Shown here: positions 10,537 through 19,078 of the stretch, one piece after another
Position numbering within the stretch: the first letter of the stretch is position 1
How the letters are laid out: each line of letters opens with the position of its first letter
Assembly: GCA_963798915.1 (NCBI GenBank)
Contig: CAWCVB010000001.1
Span: forward strand, 192,001-256,000
DNA length: 64,000 bases
Reading direction: 5' to 3'
From: an uncultured Gemmatimonadales bacterium
Lineage (GTDB): Bacteria; Gemmatimonadota; Gemmatimonadetes; Gemmatimonadales; GWC2-71-9
Notes under the pieces: model-generated
What the model saw: only the letters and a program-made list of their open reading frames with translations
Databases searched by the model: none
Told to the model about the DNA's origin: nothing
Made by a program: the position numbers and the translations under genes

Positions 10537-11263
10537 CGACAAAGTCATGATCGGACGGCACAAAGCGGCCGCCACTGATGATCGAGGAAATCACGCCGGT
10601 GCGTTCGAGGTGATCAGCACGAATGGCGAGATAGACGTGAATGGGAATGAAGATCACGAAGGCCCACGTCAGGACATGGTGGACAAAGCGCACCACCGGC
10701 ATCCCGCCGAACAGCGGTCCGATCCAGTTGGTCAGCGAATAGATGAGCCCGTCAGGGTTGGACTGGCCATAGAGCGCAAACCCGGTCACGACCATGAGGG
10801 CAGCCACGAGATAGATGGCCGTGTAGCTGAGCTGCTGCAGGGGATTGTGCCCCAGATAGCGGGGCGCCTTCTCCGGCTTGATCATCAGGTAGAACTTGAT
10901 CATCCGCAGGAGGTTGACCCAGTCCCGCGGCCGCACTGGAAAGAGCGCGACCAGCCGTTCGTACCGGTTGCCCATGAAGAGCCAATAGGCACGCACGATG
11001 GCGGTCATGACCAAAACTGCGGCCGCCGCAAAATGAATGAACCGGACCCACCCCATCATGTAATGCGCACTTGCCTCGCCGGTGGTCATGAAGTACGGCT
11101 TGCCGATGAACAGCCCGGTCACCACCAGCACCAGCACGGCCAGCACGGCAGTCCAGTGCATGGCCCGGATGGGCCACTCCCAGAGGTAGACCCAGCGATA
11201 CTGCCCGGTGGGCGGAGGCACCTTGGCCGCGAGCGAGACGCGCACACGCTGGGCGCTGGTCAT
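10529..11263 (-). CDS. hyaC: Ni/Fe-hydrogenase b-type cytochrome subunit
   Basis: Four TM helices with heme-ligand His motifs RAMHW, RFIHF, GHNPLQ, RFVHH and IHVY. Confidence 0.95.
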   Translation of the reverse strand: MTSAQRVRVSLAAKVPPPTGQYRWVYLWEWPIRAMHWTAVLAVLVLVVTGLFIGKPYFMTTGEASAHYMMGWVRFIHFAAAAVLVMTAIVRAYWLFMGNRYERLVALFPVRPRDWVNLLRMIKFYLMIKPEKAPRYLGHNPLQQLSYTAIYLVAALMVVTGFALYGQSNPDGLIYSLTNWIGPLFGGMPVVRFVHHVLTWAFVIFIPIHVYLAIRADHLERTGVISSIISGGRFVPSDHDFVDE

Positions 11264-12975
11264 TGGACCTTGACCTCCACCACTGGCGCACCGGTCGCAT
11301 CGAGCACGTGCACGCCGCAGGCCATGCAGGGATCAAAGGAGTGAATCGTGCGCAGGATTTCGAGCGGCTGGTCCGGCCGCACCAGTGGATGGTTGTCCAC
11401 CAGCGACGCCTCATAGGGCCCCATCTGCCCCTCTGCGTCACGGGGCGAGCAGTTCCAGGTGCTGGGTACCACGCACTGATACCGGGCAATCTTCCCCGCG
11501 TGGATCTGCACCCAGTGTCCCAGTGCGCCGCGCGGCGCATCCAGGTAGCCGTAGCCCTCCGCCGTGTCCGGCCAGGTTGAGGGATCCCAGTGGGTCTTGT
11601 CGAAGGTGCGGGTGTCGCCATTCCGGACCCGTTCGATGAGCGAGTCCAGCCAGACCTCCATGCGCCGGGCAATGAGCACCGTCTCGATGCCCCGGGCCGC
11701 TGTCCGTCCCAGGGTACTGAAGAGCGCCGCCGGTCCGACATCGAGCCGTCGCAGCGCCTCGGCGACCAAAGCCGTTGCCTCCTGATGACCGGAGGCATAC
11801 GCCACCAGCATGCGGGAGAGCGGCCCGACCTGCATCGCCTTCCCCTCGTAGCGGGGCGCCTTCATCCACGTGTACTTGTCCTGCCCCTGCAGGTAGTCGA
11901 ACGGCGGCGTGGGGCCGGTGTACTTGGGCCGGGTCTCGCCTTCCCAGGGATGCAGGCCGGCCGCGTCGCCCTTGGAGTATTCGTACCACGAACTGGTGAT
12001 GTACTCCTTCACCTTCTTGTGGTCGTAGGGATGGACCGTGCCGAGGTCCTGATCGAGGATGATCCCGCGGGGGAAGTACAGCTTGTCGATGTCGTTGACC
12101 CCCGCCTCGGGAAACTCGCCCACGGCCAGATGGTTCCGGACTCCGCCACCGATGGATGCCCAATCCTTGTAGTAGCCCGCGATGGCCACCAGGTCGGGCC
12201 AGTAGACCTGCTCCACGAAGGCGCGTGCACGGTGGACCATGCCCTGGATATCGGTGAGCCGCTCGGCGTTGATCGTGGCGGTGCCATCGAGGTTGATGGC
12301 GCTCGCCATGCCGCCCACCAGGAAATTCGGGTGCGGGTTCTTGCCGCCGAAGATCGTATGCAGCCGGATGACGTCGCGCTGCCAGTCCAGCGCCTCGAGG
12401 TAGTGCGCCACGGCCAGGAGGTTGACTTCGGGCGGCAGCTTGTAGGCGGGGTGCCCCCAGTAGCCATTGGTGAAGATGCCGAGCTGTCCTCCGGCCACAA
12501 ACTTCTTGAGCCGATCCTGCACCTCGGCAAAGTGGGTCTCCGAGTTGTTGGGCCAGGGCGAAATCTGGCGGGCCACGCGCGCCGTCGCCGCGGGATCGGC
12601 GTCCAGCGCGCTCACCACATCCACCCAGTCGAGCGCGTGCAGGTGATAGAAATGAATCACGTGGTCCTGGATGAACTGCATTCCGTGAACCAGGTTTCGT
12701 ATCAGGTTCGCGTTGGGCGGAATGGTGATGCCAAGGGCGTCTTCCACCGCCCGGCAGGAAGCCACCGCGTGAACCACCGTGCACACGCCGCAGATGCGCT
12801 GGGTAAAGGCCCAGGCGTCACGCGGATCGCGGCCCTGCATGATGATCTCGATCCCGCGAAACTGGGTGGAGTGAGCCCACGCATTGGTAATTTTTCCGCC
12901 ATCGGCCTGCGCTTCGATGCGGAGGTGGCCCTCGATGCGGGTGATGGGGTCAACAACGACTTTCGTGGCGGCCAT
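11260..12975 (-). CDS. group 1 [NiFe]-hydrogenase large subunit
   Basis: DPITRIEGH, L1 motif QRICGVCTVVH, L2 motif SFDPCMACGVH, then a cleavable C-terminal tail. Confidence 0.98.
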   Translation of the reverse strand: MAATKVVVDPITRIEGHLRIEAQADGGKITNAWAHSTQFRGIEIIMQGRDPRDAWAFTQRICGVCTVVHAVASCRAVEDALGITIPPNANLIRNLVHGMQFIQDHVIHFYHLHALDWVDVVSALDADPAATARVARQISPWPNNSETHFAEVQDRLKKFVAGGQLGIFTNGYWGHPAYKLPPEVNLLAVAHYLEALDWQRDVIRLHTIFGGKNPHPNFLVGGMASAINLDGTATINAERLTDIQGMVHRARAFVEQVYWPDLVAIAGYYKDWASIGGGVRNHLAVGEFPEAGVNDIDKLYFPRGIILDQDLGTVHPYDHKKVKEYITSSWYEYSKGDAAGLHPWEGETRPKYTGPTPPFDYLQGQDKYTWMKAPRYEGKAMQVGPLSRMLVAYASGHQEATALVAEALRRLDVGPAALFSTLGRTAARGIETVLIARRMEVWLDSLIERVRNGDTRTFDKTHWDPSTWPDTAEGYGYLDAPRGALGHWVQIHAGKIARYQCVVPSTWNCSPRDAEGQMGPYEASLVDNHPLVRPDQPLEILRTIHSFDPCMACGVHVLDATGAPVVEVKVQ

Positions 12976-12978
12976 CGC

Positions 12979-14133
12979 TCACTCCTCCCCGCCAGCCGCA
13001 GGCGGCTGGCTGTCAGCACCCTGATCGAGCACCGGCAGACGCCGGCGCTCGCGCGCCTGATGAATTCCGGTGGCCACGGCATGTGCCGTGACGCCTGCGG
13101 CAGCACCCAACGCCAGTGAGGCGCCGAGTATGTCCACCGTGCGCTCGACACCGAAGCCGCCCACATCGGGCAGTCGGTCATAGAACGGCGTCATGGTGTC
13201 CCAGAAGTTGCGTTCGGTGCAGCCGATGCAGGGGTGGCCCGCGCCAATGGGCCAGCTGGTGCCGCTGTTCCATTCGAAGATCGGGCAGGGAGAGAAGGTC
13301 TCCGGTCCCTTGCAACCGACGTGATACAGGCACCAGCCGCGCCGGGCGTTGTCGTCGTCGAACTCCTCGACGTACTGGCCGGCGTCAAAGTGGGCCCGGC
13401 GGGGGCACTGGTCATGGATCCGCTTGCCGTAGGCAAAGAGCGGGCGCCCGTCGGAATCAGCGGCAGGGAGGCGGCCAAAGGTGAGGTAGTGTGCTACGGT
13501 GGCGGTCACCACGTCGGCAATCGGAGGACAGCCGGCAATGTTGAGCACCGGGCGGTCCTTGATGACCTGGCCCACGCCCACTGCTCCGGTCGGGTTGGGC
13601 CGGGCGGCCTGCACGCTTCCCCAATGGGCACACGCGCCGACCGCGAGCACCGCTACCGCGCCAGCGGCCGCCTCTTCGAGGACCGCCTTGGCGGTCCGCC
13701 CGCCGATCGTGGTATAAATGCCGCCCTCGGCCATCGGAACCGACCCGGTTACGACCAGCAGATACTTGCCGGCGTTGGCCTTCATTGCGGCCTGCAGCGC
13801 GGCTTCGGCCTGGTGTCCCGCTGCCGCCATGAGGGTGTGGCTGTAATCGAGCGAGATGGTATCGAGTACCAGATCGCCGATGGTGGGAGAGCTGGTGCGC
13901 AGCACGCTCTCCACGCAGCCGGTGCACTCCTGGAGCTGGATCCAGATCACCGACGGTCGCTTGATCGCGGCCAGGGCGTTCGCCATGCGGGCGCCGGCTG
14001 ACGCACCCAGCCCCAGCACGACGGCCAGGCCGCCACAGTACTCCACAAATTCCCGGCGGGACACGCCGTTGGCGGTAAGACGATCGCCAAGGGTCTCGTC
14101 CTTGGCCCATGCTTGAAGCGTTGGCAGCGACAT
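12979..14133 (-). CDS. group 1 [NiFe]-hydrogenase small subunit (Tat signal, C-terminal anchor)
   Basis: Tat motif SRREF, ECTGCVES, GCPP, HDQCPRR, CLYHVGCKGP, HPCIGC and a C-terminal TM helix. A GGAGG RBS lies before the ATG at 14133. Confidence 0.97.
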   Translation of the reverse strand: MSLPTLQAWAKDETLGDRLTANGVSRREFVEYCGGLAVVLGLGASAGARMANALAAIKRPSVIWIQLQECTGCVESVLRTSSPTIGDLVLDTISLDYSHTLMAAAGHQAEAALQAAMKANAGKYLLVVTGSVPMAEGGIYTTIGGRTAKAVLEEAAAGAVAVLAVGACAHWGSVQAARPNPTGAVGVGQVIKDRPVLNIAGCPPIADVVTATVAHYLTFGRLPAADSDGRPLFAYGKRIHDQCPRRAHFDAGQYVEEFDDDNARRGWCLYHVGCKGPETFSPCPIFEWNSGTSWPIGAGHPCIGCTERNFWDTMTPFYDRLPDVGGFGVERTVDILGASLALGAAAGVTAHAVATGIHQARERRRLPVLDQGADSQPPAAGGEE

Positions 14134-14284
14134 CGAGAATCCTCCGGTCCACACTTGACTTGGGACCGGCGGCGGGCGGGCGCCCGTCGTCGGAGGCCCG
14201 CGCGGGCGGGCATCCCCGGTGGGGATGGGATGTACGATGCCACGGAGGCGATGAAGGCTGGATGAAGAAGGGGTGAAAACAAGA

Positions 14285-14325
14285 CGGGCAAGATGGGCAG
14301 GACGGGCAGGACGGGCGGGATGGGG
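14285..14325. repeat. 9-mer tandem repeat (GGGCAGGAC-like)
   Basis: Four to five imperfect units are visible in the divergent intergenic region. Confidence 0.7.
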
Positions 14326-14506
14326 GAATGGGGGGGCCGTCGGCGCCAGAGCCGTCCAAGGATGCAGAGTCATCCAAGACAGGGAGTCGTTTCCGTCCCA
14401 ATTTGCAGCGGCTATGGTTGGCCTCGACCCATCCGCGCCAAGGGTTGGCGTCGGGGCAGAGCCGCGACTCCTGCCGGTCCCTGCTTCCCTGATTCCGGAG
14501 TGGCCC

Positions 14507-15283
14507 GTGAGCAAATTGACCATGACGACCGGATCGCTGCTGGTCCTGACCCTGTTACCGTGCGCCAGGGCGGTGGCTCAGGCTCCAGGCACCGCCGTGA
14601 CCATCCCTGACAGCATCACGCCTGAACGGGTAGCCGTGGGCAGCGATCTCTTCAACGGCGGCAGCTGTGTGGCATGCCATGCGGTAGCAGGCATGGGCGT
14701 GGGGCGCTGGGCACCCAACCTGGCGGACCGGGAATGGCTCCATAGCGAGGGCGATTACGACGGAATCATGCATACCATCTTCTGGGGCGTGGAGAAGGAG
14801 CAGTTCAAGGCCGTGACGCCAAGGCGGTTCGAGATGAACCCGCAGGGGGGCATGCAACTTACGCGTGAGCAACTCAAGGCGGTCGTGGCCTATGTCTGGA
14901 CCATCAGCCGTCCTGCCACCAATCAACTGGTTGCCGCACAGCAGCAGTTCGTGACGCTGGCTCGCAGCGGCAAGGCGGCCGATGCCGCGGCCATGTTCGA
15001 TGCGGCGAAAAAGAAGGACTCGGACCATCTCCTGCTTGCCGAAAACGCGCTCAACCGGCTGGGCTATGAGCTGCTTCCCGACACACCCAGGGAGGCGCTG
15101 GCGCTCTTTCAGCTCAACGCCCGCGCGCATCCCGACTCGTGGAACGTGTACGACAGCCTTGGCGAGGCCGAGGCCGCACTGGGGAACAAGGCCGAGGCCA
15201 TCCGCAACTACCAGCAGTCGCTCAAGCTGAACCCCAAGAATGACAATGCTGCCAAGAAATTGAAGGAGTTGCGGGGCGGCTGA
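14507..15283 (+). CDS. exported monoheme cytochrome c fused to a C-terminal TPR domain
   Basis: Signal peptide, CVACH heme motif, APNL and a distal Met. TPR segment LNRLGYELL...WNVYDSLGEAE...AIRNYQQSLKLNP. Confidence 0.85.
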   Translation: MSKLTMTTGSLLVLTLLPCARAVAQAPGTAVTIPDSITPERVAVGSDLFNGGSCVACHAVAGMGVGRWAPNLADREWLHSEGDYDGIMHTIFWGVEKEQFKAVTPRRFEMNPQGGMQLTREQLKAVVAYVWTISRPATNQLVAAQQQFVTLARSGKAADAAAMFDAAKKKDSDHLLLAENALNRLGYELLPDTPREALALFQLNARAHPDSWNVYDSLGEAEAALGNKAEAIRNYQQSLKLNPKNDNAAKKLKELRGG

Positions 15284-15375
15284 CCCTGGTTTGCGTGGGG
15301 GACAGGGCGGCTTCAGCTTTCAGCCTTCAGCCCTTAGCTTCCCGGATCCCTGCCACCCTCAGCCCTGACACTCTC

Positions 15376-17022
15376 ATGCGCCGCCTGACGCTGCCTGCCG
15401 CCGCCCTCATCGTGCTCGCCATGCCGCTGCACGCCCAGGACACCACCACCTACACCCATGCCGACACGCTCAAGGGCTCGCTAACCGCGCCGGAGCGAAC
15501 CTGGTGGGACGTGTCCTTCTATGACCTGCACGTCAAGGTCAACCCAGCTGACAGCAGCATCAGCGGCTGGAACGGCATAACCTATCGCGTGCTGGACCGT
15601 CCGAGGGAGATGCAGATCGACCTGCAGGCGCCGCTGGGCGTGGACAGCATGGTCCAGGACGGCCGAAAGCTGAAGGTGAGGCAGGACGGCAATGCGTGGT
15701 TCGCTGGCATCACCGGCAAGCAAAACAAGGGCGACACCCGCACGATCACGGTGTACTACCATGGCAAGCCCACGGTGGCCGTGCGCCCCCCGTGGGACGG
15801 GGGATTCACCTGGGGCCACGACAGTCTGGGCAAGCCCTGGATCGTTACCACCGACCAGGGCATCGGCGCCAGCATCTGGTGGCCCAACAAGGACGTTCAG
15901 GCCGACGAGCCGGACAGCCAGCGGATCGCCATCACCATGCCGGACCCGCTGGTGGAACTCTCCAATGGGCGGCTTCGGAGCGTGGAGCACCATGCCGACG
16001 GCAGCACCACCTGGGAATGGTTCGACCAGAACCCGATCAACAACTACGCCATCACCATCAACGCCGGCGACTACACCCACTTCAGTGACATCTATTACGG
16101 CGAGCGCGGTCCGCTCACGCTCGACTACTGGCCGCTCTCGTATCACCTGACTGCCGCGCAGCACACCTTTGCCCAGACGCCCGCCATGCTGCAGTGCTTC
16201 GAGCACTGGTTCGGTCCGTACCCATGGTATGAGGATGGCTACAAGCTGATCGAGGTGTCACACAACGGGATGGAACACCAGAGCGCGGTAGCCTACGGCA
16301 ACGGTTTCACCAACGGCTACCACTACAACAATGTCTCACGCAGCCGCTACGGGATGATGTTCGACTTCATCATCATCCATGAGAGCGCCCACGAGTGGTT
16401 CGGCAACAACATCACCGCGCGGGACAACGCCGACATGTGGGTGCATGAGAGCTTCGCGAACTACGCGGAAAACCTCTACGTCGAGTGCCGTTTCGGGAAG
16501 GAAGCGGGGGCGCAATACGTGATCGGCACGCGGGGCGGCATCCGCAATGACAAGCCGGTGATTCCACCGAGGGGGGTCAATGCCCAGGGATCGGGCGACA
16601 TGTATCCCAAGGGCGGGAACATGCTGCACACCATTCGCCAGATCGTGGGGAACGACTCCACCTGGCGCGACATTCTCCGGGGACTCAACCACACCTTCTG
16701 GCACCAGACCGTGGATGGCCAGCAGGTCCGCGACTACATCAGCCAGCATGCCGGCACCGACCTCGGCAAGGTCTTCCAGCAGTACCAGGAGACCACCATG
16801 GTGCCGGAACTGGACTACCGCATCAGCGGGAACACGCTGTCCTACCGCTGGAACCATGTCGTGCCGGGCTTTGCCATGCAGGTGGGCGTAACGCTCGCCG
16901 ACGGCAAGTTTACCGTGATCCACCCGGCCGAGAGCTGGCAGACCACCACGCTCTCGCTCGGCTCGGCGGACGACTTCAAGGTGGACCCGGATTATTACGT
17001 GACGGCGAAAAGGGTGGAGTAG
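15376..17022 (+). CDS. secreted M1 family aminopeptidase
   Basis: Signal peptide, GMEHQ, HESAHEWFGN followed by HESFA (HExxH-x18-E), and YPKG. Confidence 0.93.
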   Translation: MRRLTLPAAALIVLAMPLHAQDTTTYTHADTLKGSLTAPERTWWDVSFYDLHVKVNPADSSISGWNGITYRVLDRPREMQIDLQAPLGVDSMVQDGRKLKVRQDGNAWFAGITGKQNKGDTRTITVYYHGKPTVAVRPPWDGGFTWGHDSLGKPWIVTTDQGIGASIWWPNKDVQADEPDSQRIAITMPDPLVELSNGRLRSVEHHADGSTTWEWFDQNPINNYAITINAGDYTHFSDIYYGERGPLTLDYWPLSYHLTAAQHTFAQTPAMLQCFEHWFGPYPWYEDGYKLIEVSHNGMEHQSAVAYGNGFTNGYHYNNVSRSRYGMMFDFIIIHESAHEWFGNNITARDNADMWVHESFANYAENLYVECRFGKEAGAQYVIGTRGGIRNDKPVIPPRGVNAQGSGDMYPKGGNMLHTIRQIVGNDSTWRDILRGLNHTFWHQTVDGQQVRDYISQHAGTDLGKVFQQYQETTMVPELDYRISGNTLSYRWNHVVPGFAMQVGVTLADGKFTVIHPAESWQTTTLSLGSADDFKVDPDYYVTAKRVE

Positions 17023-17032
17023 GGGTGGCGTG

Positions 17033-17065
17033 CGGTCGCGGGTCGCGGGTCGCGGGTCGCGGGTC
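17033..17065. repeat. heptamer tandem array (GGGTCGC)
   Basis: About 4.5 units lie directly after the stop codon. Confidence 0.85.
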
Positions 17066-17080
17066 AAAACTCGCGCGAGC

Positions 17081-17174
17081 GTCACCCCGACGAAAGTCGG
17101 GGTCCATGAGGGCTCACCCGACGAGAATCACCATGTCCGGGGCCCTCATGGATTCCTGCTTCCGCAGGAATGAC
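17081..17174. repeat. REP-like double-hairpin element
   Basis: GTCACCCCGACGAAAGTCGGGGTCCATGAG...CTCATGGATTCCTGCTTCCGCAGGAATGAC. A homologous copy lies at 52921-53014. Confidence 0.9.
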
Positions 17175-17196
17175 GCAAAGCTGAGTTCGGACGCTC

Positions 17197-17280
17197 AACT
17201 GATGACTGACAACTGACGACCGACGACCGACGACTGACAACCGACGACTGACGACCTGCCGGCGACTGACGACCCTCGAC
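17197..17280. repeat. degenerate heptamer array (CGACGAC/TGACGAC)
   Basis: It is the reverse complement of the array type at 3412-3511. Confidence 0.85.
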
Positions 17281-17321
17281 TGCACGCCCCATGCTGGCCT
17301 CAGATTGGCGAGAATCCGTGG

Positions 17322-18047
17322 TCAGTCCAGGATGGGAGGTTCGTCTGCCGGCGGCGTGTTGGGCCCCGGGCGGTCGGTCCGCCGCCGGTCGCGCCGCTGG
17401 CCGGCTTCGTACCATCGGCGGGTGATCTCACCGGCCAGTTCGCGATTGCCCAGGCCAAAGGCGAGTCCGGCCGCCAGCGCCACGGCGCCCAGGATCAGGG
17501 TGAACGCCGCCGTCACGATATCCTCTGCCACGCCGATCTGCTGCAGTGCCATGAACAGCGCAATCAGGATCACGGCACCCTTGGCCACCTTGGCCACTGT
17601 CGGCACGCCGGCCACCGAGCCGGCTGACGCCAGGATCAGCGCCCGGACGAACTCGCCAACGATCATCCCGAGAATGACGATCACAATGGCGGCGATGAGC
17701 GTGGGGATGTAACCCAGCATCGCCCCGAACATGCGGTTGATGCTGTCCAGCCCGAGTGCCGTGCTCGCCAGCAGGATCACCACCAGCATGACCAGCCAGA
17801 AGATCAGCTTGGCCAGGGCCCGCACCGGATCCAGGCGGGAACCGGTGCGGCCCACCGCCTCGTCGAGCCCGCCGGCGTGTGCCATCCGATTGAAGTCGAG
17901 CCGCTTGAGCGTGTCATCCGTCCAGCGCTGGATCTGCCGCGCCAGCAGGTAGCCGGTGACGAGGATCAGCGTCGCGCCGATCAGCGCCGGCAGCATGCTG
18001 CCGATCTGTTCGGCTCCGAGCAGGAGGCGTTGCCAGAGTTCAGTCAT
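17322..18047 (-). CDS. TM-helix repeat membrane protein (CmpX / MscS-associated type)
   Basis: Repeated LPALIGATLILVTGYLLA and IPTLIAAIVIVILGMIVG helices, and LAAGLAFGLG. Confidence 0.75.
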   Translation of the reverse strand: MTELWQRLLLGAEQIGSMLPALIGATLILVTGYLLARQIQRWTDDTLKRLDFNRMAHAGGLDEAVGRTGSRLDPVRALAKLIFWLVMLVVILLASTALGLDSINRMFGAMLGYIPTLIAAIVIVILGMIVGEFVRALILASAGSVAGVPTVAKVAKGAVILIALFMALQQIGVAEDIVTAAFTLILGAVALAAGLAFGLGNRELAGEITRRWYEAGQRRDRRRTDRPGPNTPPADEPPILD

Positions 18048-19078
18048 GGGAAACCTCGATGACGACCTTGCCGATATGGTCGCCCGCTCTGGAGGCGGCG
18101 GTATGCGTCAACACCCTGCTCCAGCGGCACCACCCGGTCTATCGTGGGCCAGAGGCGTCCCGCATGGGCCTGCGCCACGATGGCCGCAAATTCCCTGCGA
18201 TTTCCCATGGTTGAGCCGAGAATGCTCCACTGGTGCCAGAAGAGCCGGCGCGCGTCCAGCGCCAGCGCTGGGCCTGAGGTGGCGCCGCACACCACGATGC
18301 GGCCATTGCGGCTCACCACGCGCAATGTGGAAGCCCAGGTCGCTTCGCCCACGGAGTCCAGCACCACGTCAGCGCCCCGGCGGGCGGTGATTTCCTTGAC
18401 CCGTGCGATGACGTCATCCTTGCGGTAGTCCAGCAGATGGTCGGCTCCGATCGCTGCCGCGGCCTCGAGCTTGGGGCCGGAACCGGCCACGATGACCCTG
18501 GCGCCAAGCTGCCGGCCCAGGCGGATGGCCGCCTGCGAGACGCCCCCACCCGCCCCCCACACGAACAGCGTCTCGCCCCCGACCAGGTGGGCACGCGTCA
18601 TCAGCATCCGCCACACCGTCAAGGTGGCGAGGGGGAAAGCGGCCGCGCTTCCCCACTCCATGGCGCTCGGCACCGGCGCCACGTTGACGGCTGGCAGGGT
18701 GACCAGTTCCGCGATGGTGCCGCCGCGATGCTCGCCCAGAATGGCGAATTGCTCGCACAGGGATTCTTCCTGGGCTCGGCAGAAGCGACACTCGCCGCAT
18801 GACACGCCGGGATTGAGCATGACCCGCTCGCCCGGCCGAACGCTGCTGACGCCCTCGCCCACCGCCTCCACCACCCCGGCACCGTCAGACCCGACGACGA
18901 ACGGCCAGTCGTGGCGCGCGCCGGGCAGGCCGCTCGCCACAAAAAGGTCGAGCCGGTTGAGCGCGGCGGTGCGCATCCGCACCCGCACCTCGGAAGGCCC
19001 GGGCGACGGAGCGTCGGGCATGGTCACAACCTGGAGCGCCTCGATGCCACCCGGCCCCGTGAGCGCGAGAGCGCGCAT
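18040..19078 (-). CDS. zinc-binding alcohol dehydrogenase / MDR oxidoreductase, +1 frameshift near the C-terminus
   Basis: GSDGAG, structural zinc site CGECRFC...C and GAGGGV. Removing one base at about 18084 restores the canonical end GDHIGKVVIEVSHD*. Confidence 0.9.

Noticed and set aside
11260..12975. [NiFeSe] hydrogenase suggested by the nearby selD
   Set aside because: The L2 motif is DPCMAC with Cys codons and there is no in-frame TGA.
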